The position numbers and the translations under genes were made by a program. This document shows positions 38,640 through 51,289 of a stretch of 64,000 nt of DNA, one piece after another; the first letter of the stretch is position 1; every line of letters starts with the position of its first letter. The notes beneath the pieces are model-generated. The model was not told the origin of the DNA and did no database searches. It worked only from the letters and a program-made list of their open reading frames with translations. This stretch comes from Octopus sinensis (taxonomy: Eukaryota): the NCBI RefSeq assembly GCF_006345805.1, contig NC_042997.1, positions 4,836,001 to 4,900,000 on the forward strand, read 5' to 3'.

Positions 38640-39900
38640 TTTTCTTTATTGGTATATAACCTGAATATAGGGGGGACAATACGAAGACAAACAACATAAA
38701 ACGTGGGGTACATAAAATGTATAATGAAAATGTATGCGACAATAAAATCGAATGAAAAGAAATGCAATGGCTTAAGAGCCTCCCAAAGCTCGGAGTTCCA
38801 TTTTACTGTTCATGTATACAGTTTATGCTTATCCAAATTCTCCATCAATTATGTGCTTCGTCAGTTCCTCCAGCTCCATCACACTGGGAAAACTGTCGTA
38901 ATGCAAACAGAATCTGGTCTCTAAAACAATGTCCGGAATAACTCTACCAATCTGTCTATTCTTTCATTCTCCAGCAACACTGCTTTCAGGTTTGTTTCAA
39001 ACCTTTCATGATTCAATTTAACTCTTACTAACCCTTTCTTTATAGCTAATTTCTTTTCTAATTCTGTTCCATTTTCATAAAATATCATCATTCTCAAATT
39101 CCGTCCCTTAGGTCTTCCTTCTTTCGCAATAGATTTCATGCGTTCTTCCACCCTCTTCTTCCACTCATTAATTTTCTCCTCCTTTTCTGCTTCACTTCAT
39201 TTACATGTTGTTTGCTCCACTTCCTGAGTTCAATTCTCTGTTGTTTCTTTCTCCTCATCTTTTTTCTTTTTTGCCTTTCTTCTTGTTTGGGTTTTTCGGT
39301 GGCCATTCTACCCGTGTTCTCTTTCTATCTACTTCCTTTTTTCTCTTCCTCTTTTTCTTCTTTTCCCTCTTTTTTTTCTCTTTCTCTGTTTCGTCGTCAA
39401 CCGCTTTGTCATCCACGGTCGAAGGCAACTCTTCCATATGCAAATCTCTTTAGGGACACCTTGCCTTCATGCCTACTTTTGCATTTATAAGATATTGGAG
39501 GTTTCCCCTCCACCACCACTCTCATTTAGGTTTCATAGGGGAGCTTCAACTCTTCAGATATGTTATGCAGGTCTGGCAGGGTAAGATGGATCAATACCTC
39601 CTCACCAAAACCCCGCCAGTTGATCTCTCGTGACTTTTCGATCTTTAGGACTTCCACCTCATCTTTACAGTTGTAATAATGGCTGTAACTAACCACTATG
39701 GATCCATTTCCAGAGGCACTCTACCAATTCTCACTCTTGTTGCTCTTCTTCCACAATATGTAGGCAAAAGTGCCCACCGAGCCGTACTCATGGGTATAGT
39801 AGAGTGCCTTTTTGCCTCCTTTAACTTTTTGCCTAAAGCGAGCCCACAGCAAATCCATATCTTCTCCATTATGATTCCCTAAAACTTCAGAAGTACACAA
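38640..39900 (-). mobile_element. second decayed L1/Tx1-like segment (ORF1 knuckle, K/E-rich tail, polyA-signal-like end)
   Basis: VVVEGKPPISYKC...KARCP (degenerate CCHC knuckle), then the K-rich ORF 39255-39443. AATAAAGAAAA on the - strand near 38641-38650. Confidence 0.45.
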
Positions 39901-40559
39901 CCAATTTCATTCAAATTTTACACATGCCTTTCTTAGTATCCATGTAGTTTCATGGGCAAAAAATGTCCAACGTCTTGCGTAGGGCTAGCCCATAGCAATA
40001 TCATATCTTTTCCACTATTTCAGTATTACGTGTTGAACGTGAAACAAAAACATTTCTCTATTTTATATCGGATACTTTGACTTTAACAATAAAAATTAGA
40101 GATAATAATAACAATTGAATTATTTGTAGTAAGTAATATTCAAAATCAAACTAAAGTATAATATAATAATTAAATCGTAACGTAATACTTAAAAGTAAAA
40201 ATAGCAATTGGTATAAATTTGCATCAATGACTTGAATTGAATAAGCGGTTTCACATGAATGCGAATAAAGTACAAATAAAATTAGTGTGCATAAATGGAA
40301 TAACCAGATGGATCTGTGCACAGACCCTTTACCACGGCTTTTAAATTAGATTATCTGCTAATTAGCTAGCATTAATATCTATATGAAGTTTGGCCGTATG
40401 TAATGTCTGTCTTCTCTAACAGCCGCTTCTACTGAGTACTTCTGTTGGTTTATTTCTTATACATAAAGGACTGTAGCATCAACCGAGTACTGCTTTTTGA
40501 TTCACCGTAATGTTTGTTGTTATTATTACTGGTAACTATTGTTATCAACTTTGTTGATT

Positions 40560-41050
40560 CCTCGTAAGGTAAACGTTGTCGTGTTGCATTTGTTAAAAAA
40601 GTTGTAAAGCTGTAACCCTCCCCCTTTGGGAGAAGGAGCTTTGGTTATTGATTAAAATTGGAATTGTTTGGAGAAATAGACATCATTTTCATCTTTTACA
40701 CGGAAGCGTTTTTGTTAGAATGCCTTCGATAGAAGAAAGTCCAAAAATGAATTTCGCTGCAGCCGTCGGTGGGCGCGAACTCATTAAAATTAAAATGGAA
40801 GAAATTCAAACCAATTTCGGATTGATAACCGACAAAGACGGTGAATCTAGAATAACACCACCAAAATTAAGAAAAAGTCTATCATCTATAAAGTATACAA
40901 TGTAGAGTAAAAAGAAGATTTGAACACCTGGAGGAAAGCACCATCGAAAAGTGTCTTCGTGCGACTATGAGAGATAACTAACCAGAGGCGGTAAATTCGC
41001 CACAATAGAGCGTGCAAGGGAGTACTCAACTCGAACCTTGCAAAGTGGAA
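40560..41050 (+). mobile_element. possible 5' end and ORF1 N-terminus of an L1/Tx1-like element
   Basis: MPSIEESPKMNFAAAVGG resembles the S/N-Y/F-A-A-A-V start common in such ORF1s. No further motif recognised. Confidence 0.3.
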
Positions 41051-41289
41051 ATATTTTTTTTTACCTTTATATCTGGGACGTAGGACGTCCCAGATAAAAG
41101 TTTAAAATGTCTCCCCAGATGTAGAGGTATGCTGGATTGTAGCCACACTTCTATACAATAGGGAGGACAAGATACAATTGATCGAAATTGCAAGAGACGG
41201 GCCTACAATTCCAGTCTGTTATACCTTTTGAGTATTGTTATCACTAGCGATATCAAGATACAACTTTGTATTTTGTATTTTATGTGTAG

Positions 41290-41414
<125 letters not shown>

Positions 41415-41539
41415 GTACATGTAATATGTACACATACATATACACATATATACATGCACTAGCACTATGACCCGGCAATGCCGCGTCATAATGCTGGTAT
41501 ATAATATATTTTTAATAATATTTAGCAAGGTATGATTCA

Positions 41540-41940
41540 CCCTGATGGGTGAAATCCGAGCGGCTACAATTTTATCTTTCACCATGGAGATTAAGTCGTG
41601 TCACCTGCACCCACCTTTCTTACCACAGCTTTCCATATTTTATCAAGCATGCCCCACGACAATCATCTCCTCTCTAGACCTATCTTGCTCTTCAGGTGAT
41701 ATCTAAAAAAGGTGAACAATCCGGGTCCAGAGATGAAGGTTCCCGTCAGGAATCCATGCAGTCTTGTCTACCAGACACACCCTTCTAACACTGTCACTGT
41801 AAGGAGAAACTGACGAACGGTTTACTCGCATTGGTCACATCTAGGATGAAAAGCCTACCTTCTGGGTCCAGAAAGACTGTACTTCCCTGTAAATCTTAGG
41901 TCTTCCTGAGTAGTACCACCACGCTCCCTCCTCCTCGTCA
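41540..41940 (-). mobile_element. L1/Tx1-like ORF2 C-terminal fragment
   Basis: The - strand gives VW.TRLHGFLTGTFISGPGLFTFFRYHLKSKIGLERR*LSW...KIW, which fits a Tx1-type ORF2 C-terminus pattern recalled from memory. Confidence 0.5.
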
Positions 41941-41957
41941 ACTAGAAGGAATGTATG

Positions 41958-42019
<62 letters not shown>

Positions 42020-42065
42020 TATATAATATATATATGTATATATAATATATATATATATATATAAT

Positions 42066-42117
<52 letters not shown>

Positions 42118-42149
42118 CACATATATATAATATATACACACACATACAT

Positions 42150-42219
<70 letters not shown>

Positions 42220-42452
42220 AATGCGTTTTCATTTTAGTCCTCTTTTTTTCTTCATCCCAAATTATCGAGTGGATAATTCGTCATTGACAGAATGCCAAGT
42301 AGCTTTTTAAACATCCTTTATTATGCACAACATTTTCCTGCGGTTCCCTAATGTTTGTCTAATTAACTAAATGAAAATTGGATATTAAAATATTCAGATA
42401 AAAATTACCATTCTTTTTTCTATTCAAATTTGAATCATGTTTAAATATGCCT

Positions 42453-42608
42453 AGGGGTGGCTGTGTGGTAAGTAGCTTGTTTACCAACCACATGGTTCCG
42501 GGTTCAGACCCATGCGTGACAACTTGGGCAATTGTCTTCTACTATGGCCCCGGGACGACCAAAGCCTTGTGAGTGGATTTTGTAGACGGAAACTGAAAGG
42601 AGACCGTC

Positions 42609-42659
<51 letters not shown>

Positions 42660-42674
42660 ACATACATATATATA

Positions 42675-42712
<38 letters not shown>

Positions 42713-42718
42713 TATATA

Positions 42719-42759
<41 letters not shown>

Positions 42760-42970
42760 TTGTGCATATGTTTGTATGTCTGTATTTGTCTCCCCAACGT
42801 TGCTTGACAACTGATGCTGGTGTGTTTACTTCTCCGTGACTTAGCGGTTCGGCAAAACGGACCGATAGAATATGAGCAAGGCTTACAAAGAAAAAGTCCT
42901 GTGGGGTATTTGCTCGAATAAAAGCAGTGATCCTGCATGGCCACAGTCCATTAACTGAAGCAATTAAAAA
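42453..42970 (+). mobile_element. tRNA-derived SINE with expanded internal microsatellite
   Basis: Same head (GTGGCTGTGTGG, GGTTCAGACCC), body and tail as 22273-22684. Confidence 0.87.
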
Positions 42971-43508
42971 AGTAGTGTATATAAAACATGTTTTCGATTT
43001 TAGACTGAAGTATGAATGTGGATTGTACATGGAAAGGATTTTAATTATTATACGCAATATGTTCAACGTTACATTGTTCGTATCATGTAGCTTTAAAAAT
43101 TCAGGCACGAAAAAAGAATATTTTTTCCATTATGCATATGTTTGAGCCCCAAATCATGATTGAAAATCGATATATGCATTTACTGAACATCTGCTTGAAA
43201 ATTATGTTACCGATATCGATTAGACTGTCATTTCTTTATATATAGGCTGCGTCTTGGTATTTTCGTACGGTTGTATCTTCATGCATACACGAATAATCAT
43301 GTTCCAGCTACTGCAATTTTTTCTCCTTTTCCAGTTATTTTTCTTTGCGTACGGCAGTGATTCTGATTCTCTAGTGGTAAGAAATTTTTTGCCATTTGAA
43401 TATGTATAGTAATCTGAGATATGCGACTAACTATTTAGAAAATCAGAAACTGAGTATATGCTATTTATGAAGGTTGTTACAACTATTCCTTGCTGACTGT
43501 GCCTTCTG

Positions 43509-43567
43509 ATGTTTTTTGTTTTTTTTGTGTGAGTTTTCTGCTTTTTGTTCAACTGCTTCCTATCCAG
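43509..43567 (+). CDS. candidate first coding exon (signal peptide) of the CAP gene
   Basis: With one extra T in the T8 run at 43519-43526 it reads MFFVFFCVSFLLFVQLLPIQ and ends at a CAG|GTAACA donor in phase 0, matching the phase-0 acceptor at 46489. As written, the ATG frame stops at 43530. Confidence 0.45.
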
Positions 43568-43981
43568 GTAACAACTATAAATGAATAGGAATTAATTAAG
43601 CATTCCGTAAAATATAAACCCAATGAACCCACGTTCCACATGAAATGCATAATCATACACGAAATTTCAGAAGAATGTTAACGAATTGGTGTCATATATA
43701 ACACAATGCATACTCAATTTTATGTAAAACGTTGATTTCCAGAAACTACGTACTTAGCTGAAATATAAAGTGCTCAAAAGTGCATTTTGGACACATATGG
43801 AAGTATTTTGATAGTTGGTATTTATTGTTGTTTTTAAATATACTAAAATGGGTACGATAAAATTCTAAAAATATTACGTATATACAAACTCGAATATTCC
43901 TGTAGTATAGTAATTAATCTATGTCTTTATAATAAATCCATCTGATTAATGTAAAATTATTACTATGACTTTAGAATAAAA

Positions 43982-44026
<45 letters not shown>

Positions 44027-44094
44027 CAGCATACTGATTACTTTATTATTCTAAATATATATATGTGTGTGTCTGTATGTATGTACGTATATAT

Positions 44095-44146
<52 letters not shown>

Positions 44147-44194
44147 TGAATTGAAGAAATGGAGCTGAACGCAGATTGAACAGAAATCGTTTTA

Positions 44195-44283
44195 TTTCAT
44201 TCTACACGTGTTTCGAAAGGCACAAATTACCAAAATCCGATTGAATAATGGGACGATATTGTGTCTTTCTCTTCAGGAAGAAA
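44195..44283 (-). ncRNA. type I hammerhead ribozyme, family B (antisense copy)
   Basis: Reverse complement of 45020-45108. Confidence 0.8.
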
Positions 44284-44299
44284 ATAGGAAATCCGTTGG

Positions 44300-44633
44300 A
44301 AAAAATATATATATATATTATGTTTTATGTGTGTGTGTGTTCATCTAAGCCTGCCTTGTCAAGGAAACCCCCCGCTGTGAAAAAACCAAGCCCCGTTTGT
44401 CTTACAGGAGTAATTCCCCTTGCAGTGGTTAATCATAGATATCTTAAAGGCTATTTCAGAATTTGTTACTATTCTGAAATAGCCTTTAAGATATCTACGA
44501 TTAACCACTGCAAGGGGAATTACTCCTGTAAGACAATCGGGGCTTGGTTTTTTCACAGCGGGGGGTTTCTTTGACAAGGCAAGCTTAGATGAACACACAC
44601 ACACATAAAACATAATATATATATATATTTTTT
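44300..44633. repeat. near-perfect 334-bp hairpin (163-bp arms, 8-nt loop TTGTTACT)
   Basis: Arms at 44300-44462 and 44471-44633, with about four mismatches by eye. Confidence 0.93.
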
Positions 44634-45019
44634 CTGCCACCCAACGGTTCTCACGGCAGTAGCCACTGACAGCCGAACGATCAAACGCACACACGTACAC
44701 AAAAAATGTTTTCTACCCCTACGCCAACATACACATATGTAGAACAGTATACACACACACACGTCTCTAAGTAGATTTTTTCTCGCCCCTTATAAAACAT
44801 CCAATATTCCTTAAATAGTCAGAACTTTATTCTCGGTCACAAAGAACATCTACACACCCTCACCCACATGATTGACCGATGCCTGACCCGTTGAATTCTT
44901 CAGCCACCGGTTCTCAACATACACTGATAAACAGTTTCGCCATGGGCTCTTAGGAGCATAGTTCGATTTGTTTTTGCTCCGCCTCTGTTCTGTTTTTGTT
45001 TTTCCAACGGATTTCCTAT

Positions 45020-45108
45020 TTTCTTCCTGAAGAGAAAGACACAATATCGTCCCATTATTCAATCGGATTTTGGTAATTTGTGCCTTTCGAAACACGTGTA
45101 GAATGAAA
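45020..45108 (+). ncRNA. type I hammerhead ribozyme, family B, canonical core with long helix II
   Basis: UUUCUUC-CUGAAGA(45027-45033)-GAAAGACACAA...UUGUGCCUUUC-GAAAC-ACGU-GUA(45098-45100)-GAAUGAAA. Helix I pairs with one bulged U; helix III is the palindrome ACACGUGU. Confidence 0.85.
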
Positions 45109-45204
45109 TAAAACGATTTCTGTTCAATCTGCGTTTAGCTCCATTTCTTCAATTCACCAATATATATATATAATATATATATATATATAGATATATATAT
45201 ATAT

Positions 45205-45259
<55 letters not shown>

Positions 45260-46488
45260 TATATATATATATAATATATATATATATATGTATATATATA
45301 TATTATATATATATATATAATATATATATATATACATACATTAAACATTCACAGACTTCAGGCTCATTTCTTTATAATCTATTTTTTCTGCTTTGAAGAT
45401 TCTTCACATCAGTGCTAATTGCTGATTAAGGAAGCATTTCTGGAATCATCTTGAGATATACACTTCATCCTAGTCACCTATATTTCCAGTCTCTTTTCTA
45501 GAAACAGTGATCCATATCTTGATTTACCTTTCTCCATATCAAAGTTACACACTACCAGTATTTTATACAAACTTTGCACTTTTGGCCTCACACTTCATGA
45601 GGTTTTCCCCGGAGATCGCTGTGATTTGGGCAACATTCCACAATTTTATTCGTAGAGTTGGTGCTTAGGTGTATCCAGGTACCATGGAATGTACATATAT
45701 TTTCTGACAAACACAGATTCTAAGCACGTTTTATTTCACTACTTGTTACCACATCATACTAGATACATTTATAAACCTTCAAACTAGAAGACAATATTTT
45801 TTCAATAAGTACATGCTTACAAGAGCAACACACTCATGTATGTCATAGACCCATATATCGATATATAATTATATTTACGACTGACAGTAAGGCAAACTGT
45901 ATGAGTGACCAATGCCATATCTCTTGAAAGAAATATTTAAATCTCGCTTCTAATGCAATCAAGTGTAAAAGATCAACTCGATATTAGAAGTTAAGATTAG
46001 ATTTCAAGGCACCAGATGTCTGTGGTAAAATATCGCATTGAAACACTGCAACAAATATTTCCGATATTTCCGTTAATTAAGTGATTGTAGAATGTTGTTA
46101 ACATAATATAAAAAGTTTACAAGTTTACGATTACAGCTTAAGGTATATATAAAATTTGCTGTCATACAACTTGTTAATTTGCAATAATGTTTGTATATTT
46201 TACGGGATTGCAGTACTCATTTTACACGCAAGTATTTATATTTAGTGTATTGGAATAATGGAAGCTCATTTTATGGGTTAATATCTCTGCATAAGAATAT
46301 AAAACTATTTATTGTCTTATACTATAGATTATGATACGTAGATATAAAAAAAAAACATATATGCACACATGCACATACATACACAAACATACACAGAACC
46401 ACAAAGACACACACACACACATGATAATGAATATTTTTTTATGAATTTCTGTTTTTGAATAAGCATTTTTTGTATATTTCTAATTCAG

Positions 46489-46641
46489 AATTGTACTGCA
46501 TACCCGACCGCTACGATGTGTTTGAATGACATTTCTCAAGACCCGATAATTCCAACTGAAGAGGATAAGGAAAACATCCTTAGACTGCATAACCAGTACC
46601 GAGAGGAAGTAAAACCGTTGGCGAAACAGATGTATAAAATG
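46489..46641 (+). CDS. CAP-superfamily (SCP/antigen 5/CRISP-like) protein, internal exon
   Basis: ttcag| acceptor and |gtcagt donor; 153 nt, phase 0-0. NCTAYPTATMCLNDISQDPIIPTEEDKENILRLHNQYREEVKPLAKQMYKM matches the IL..HN.YR..V.P.A..M..M motif. Confidence 0.92.
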
Positions 46642-46859
46642 GTCAGTACCGTTTAAAATTAAAATTACCTGCGGACATTATGGGGAGTATTGAGAATTAT
46701 TTCAAATTATACAAAATATTTTTAATACAAAACTTAAGAAACTATATATACATGCATACGCACACATGTGTGTGTGCGTGTGTGTGCTTGTGAGTGTGTG
46801 TGTTTGTGTATGTATATACATACTCACACGCAAACTAAAACACGTATACATAAATATAA

Positions 46860-46910
<51 letters not shown>

Positions 46911-46929
46911 ATATATGTAGAAACTCACT

Positions 46930-46997
<68 letters not shown>

Positions 46998-47039
46998 GTA
47001 TATGTAGAAACATATATATATATATAATATATATATATA

Positions 47040-47070
<31 letters not shown>

Positions 47071-49895
47071 TAAACTTAGATAAAACTTAGATATGTTTCG
47101 ACCAAGGATTGGTCCAGGCCATGTCTCACTTAATACCACCACCTGATAGGATTATTTTAATCCTGTTTAAGTCAAGTTTAGTTTATGGTCCATTGAAGTA
47201 GTGAGTTTTTGTTGGATGAGTTGTATCCAATTATTGGTGGCGTATCTGGTATTCCTTGAAGGAATCTATCCAGACTCCGTTTAAAGTTGATGGGATCCTT
47301 TTCCTCTTTGATCTCCTGTTGAGGAAAAGAAATTATGTTGCAGTGTACGTCTATGCTGTGATCTTGAATTGGGCAGGAGACGTATGGCCCGTGGTCCCAG
47401 TCTTGGATAATCTTTGAAGCTAATGTTCAGGTCGTTTGGGTAAAGTTGGCGTTATATTCACCATATCGTACAAATGATGTACCGCTCACGGCGACGCTGG
47501 AGAGAGTAGAGTTTCAAGGCTGTAAGGCGATCCCAACGATCGAGAGCAGCCATGCCTTCTAATCGTTTAGTGAGTGCCCTCTGGGGTGATTCATTTCTCG
47601 AGATGTTTTGTCTTGTATTGGGAGACCACAGTGGGCAGCAGTATTCGGGGTGTGGCCGTACAAAGGAGGAGAAAAGTGGTATGATAACACCTTGTTCTCT
47701 GGACCGGAAAGTACTTAAGATACAGGCACTCATCCTAGGAGCAATATCGTTCTTCTTGTTGATTTGTGCACTCCAACTGAGATCGTCATCAACCATTACA
47801 CCCATGTCTTTGATATTGTTAGAGGCTGTGAGATGTTCCCCTGAAGGGAGAGTGTATGGCTGTTTTAGTGAGGAATTTCTTCCAAAATGCATCAGCTCAA
47901 ATTTTTCCTGGTTCAGTTGCATTTTGTTTCTGTCTGCCCATTGACTCACAGCATATAGGTCAGACTGGAGTTGAGTTCCGTCTGCTTCTTCATTGATGTT
48001 TTGCTAGAGTTTAGTGTCATCGGCAAACATTTTCAGTTTGCAGTAATGTACGACACTGGAAAGGTCGTTTATGTAAATTATGAAGAGTAGCGGACCCAAG
48101 ACAGTCCACTGGGGGACACCGCTGGTGACTTTTGCTGGGCTTGAGTGGACTCCATCAACTACAACATGTGTTCTATTCGCCAGGAAATACTTAATCCAGT
48201 GTAGAACTTTTCCACGCATTCCAACATTTGCCAATTTTGAGAGTAGGATTTTATGGTTTACCCTGTCGAACACTTTACTGAAGTCAAGATATATGACATC
48301 AGAGTTCGAACCTGTTCCCAAGGGTTTGAGTACATCTTCAATGTGGTGTAAGAACTTTGTTTAACAGTCCCTGTCACAGCGAAAGCCATGCTGATTTGCA
48401 TTTAGGAGTTTGTGGGTCTCCTGGAAGTCAGCTATCCTTGATCTTAACACTCTTTCAGACATTTTAATGTTGTGCGAAGTGAGTGTGATTGGGTGATAGT
48501 TGAGTCCGAGGGATCTGTTTTCCTGTTTGAAAATCGGGATGACTGAATGGGATAGAAACTGTTTCGGTATATAACCTGCGTCTAAGGAATTTCTCCAGAG
48601 GTTGGTCAGAGGGACTGCAAGTTGGTGTCTACATTCCTTCAGGAGACTAGCGAGGAATCTATCAGGGCCTACAGCAGAGTAGTATTTGATCTCATTTATT
48701 GCTGCTATGATGTCAGTGGCAGTGGAGGTCATGTCTGAGATTTTATGTTGGGCGTCAACTTCGTTCTCTTCTCTTACGTCAATATCAGTGGGAACACTAA
48801 AGACAGTGCAGTATTGTTTCTGCAGTATTTCTGCCATTTCTTTAGCATCGTGATGGGGAATGCCGTTATCATCAATCAATGGCCCAATGGGTGAGACAGT
48901 GGTTCTATGCTTATTTGCATAAGAATAGAACACTTTTGGGTTTTGTTTGGTGTTTTTGTTTACCCAAAGTTACTCCACAGCTCTTTGATTTTCAATGGAG
49001 GTTTTCATGTCGGTCTGCGGATGACGTTTTTCCAGCTCTAGCATTTTCATTGTTGTTGAATGTGGATGTTGTATGTGGGAATATTTTAATTGGTTGATTT
49101 TATTTTGTTGAGTCTTTTGATGCGCCTGATGAGTCCTTTTTTTTCTTTTTATGGAGCCGGTTTCTGTTTGTATTAGTAGATTTCGTGGATGCGTGTCTAG
49201 AGCATGTATATGTGACTATGTTTTCAAAGGGATGCCATGCGGTCTCAATATGGGTGGAATTGAGAGTAAAAGATCAGCCGATGAGAGACAGATCCTTTCT
49301 GATTGGTCCCCAGTCCGCTTTATGGAAGTTTATGTTGTCAAATGAGTGCCATGGAGTGGGATAGGCTGGTTTGGTTTTTATATATCTAGAATTAAATTTG
49401 CAGAGTACAATGTTGTGGTCTGAGAGGAGAGTTTTTTCAACTGAAATACTGTGAACGAATCTAGAGTGATTGGTCAGTATCAGATCCAAGATCGTTTTAT
49501 TCTGTCTCGTTGGTTCGAACACTAGCTGAGTGTGGAAGTATTCATACATTAGATTAAAGAACAGTTCTGCTGCTGCTCTATCTGATGAAGAGCATTTTCC
49601 TAACTTCAGAGTATTTTTGGGCCGGTTCACATGAGGGAGGTTAAAATCACCCATCACTAGTATGCTTCCGGAGTTGTACTTCCAAAGTAAGGACTTGACT
49701 TTGCTAAGGCACTCTACAAAGCACTTTAGAGGTGCTTGGGGAGAACTGTAAAGACCAACAATGATTATGTCTTTGGCCTTGCTGAATAGTGATACAGATT
49801 CACAATAGTCATTGTAAAATATGCCCTAGGCATCAAGTGAAAAGGAGTCATGTATAAAAATGGCTGTCCCTCCCTTATTTCGGTCTGTGCGATCC
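47071..49895 (-). mobile_element. CR1-like LINE, same family as 22911-25500, in intron and antisense to the CAP gene
   Basis: Same APE (MGDFNLPHVN, ILDLILTN), RT (VIYLDFSKVFDRV, SGVPQWTVLGP, MFADDTKL) and 3' tail (ATCTAAGTTTT). Confidence 0.92.
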
Positions 49896-50076
49896 ACACG
49901 AACAATATATAATATTAGGGAGTATAACTCCAAACTTACAGGGAAAGTTCAATTTAGTATTAAATCAAATTTCACAGTAAAAATATATAAAATATAAATT
50001 TAGAGATAAATCCACTATTATGCAACTCAAAAAGTGGTAGACATAAACCAATACATAAATGACCATATAATATATA

Positions 50077-50116
<40 letters not shown>

Positions 50117-50635
50117 TTATATATATATATTTATATAAATATATATATATGCGTGTGTGTATGTATATATAATTGTTTTTAAATATATAACTTATAACTA
50201 GCTCTCAAAACGTCTGAAATGAATGATAAAAATATAATATAATATGTGTGTAATATGTATGTACTATGTATGCATGTAATATATATGTATGTAATATATA
50301 CGTATTATATTATATATATATAATATTGAGGGAATGAAGTAAGTAAAATCCGGGCTACGTAAGTTTCCTGGCTTAAAAATCTTCAGAAGTAGTAATTATT
50401 CAACGAGGACAAATGAAGGCTACACTTTCGTCAAGGGATCCTGTGTTATATCGCAGAATATGTAATTTTTTTAAAATGAGTGGTGAAACAGGAAGAAAAC
50501 ACTTAAAAAACAAAATATAAACAATCCATGTATTGTAGAAATGAAATATTGGTGTGGGCAGTTGTCTAAAGATTTTAAGAATAAAATGAATGGGAGGGGA
50601 AAGACGGCAATTATGTAGATACATATAGAAATAGC

Positions 50636-50667
50636 CATGTAGATAAACAGATAGATAGAGAGGTAGT

Positions 50668-50750
<83 letters not shown>

Positions 50751-50803
50751 GTAGATAGGTAGATAGATACACAGATAGATAGATAGATAGATATATAGAT
50801 AGT

Positions 50804-50895
<92 letters not shown>

Positions 50896-50896
50896 C
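50636..50896. repeat. (GATA)n microsatellite
   Basis: Directly visible. Confidence 0.98.
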
Positions 50897-51196
50897 AAAA
50901 ATGTTAAGAACTTCTGGTATGCAAATTAGTAGTTCTCTGTACATGCAGGATTTCTTTAAGTATATGAACAGTTTGGTTGCGTCCCTCTCTGGGCTTAGTC
51001 TAATTGATGTAGACAGCTCCGATTAGAAAGTTTCGTAAACCGAAACGTGTTTTTGGTATATATTTTCAATCGGTCTGAATCACAAAATTTGCCCAGTATA
51101 TATACTTGTTTCATAGGCTACATACACAGATGCACAGACACGTACACACTCACACACACACATACATGCACACATATAGATGTATGTCTGTATATA

Positions 51197-51285
<89 letters not shown>

Positions 51286-51289
51286 TATA

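Larger units (their letters stand above)
44141..45162. mobile_element. non-coding fold-back element: ~163-bp inverted arms each carrying a hammerhead, flanked by (TA)n
   Basis: 44141-44305 and 44999-45162 are reverse complements with about one mismatch. Both outer ends run into (TA)n. Confidence 0.88.

Noticed and set aside
50990-51050. GTTT-CGT-AAAC-C-GAAACGTGT, a hammerhead-like 3' half
   Set aside because: No CUGANGA-type core at the required position and no helix I.
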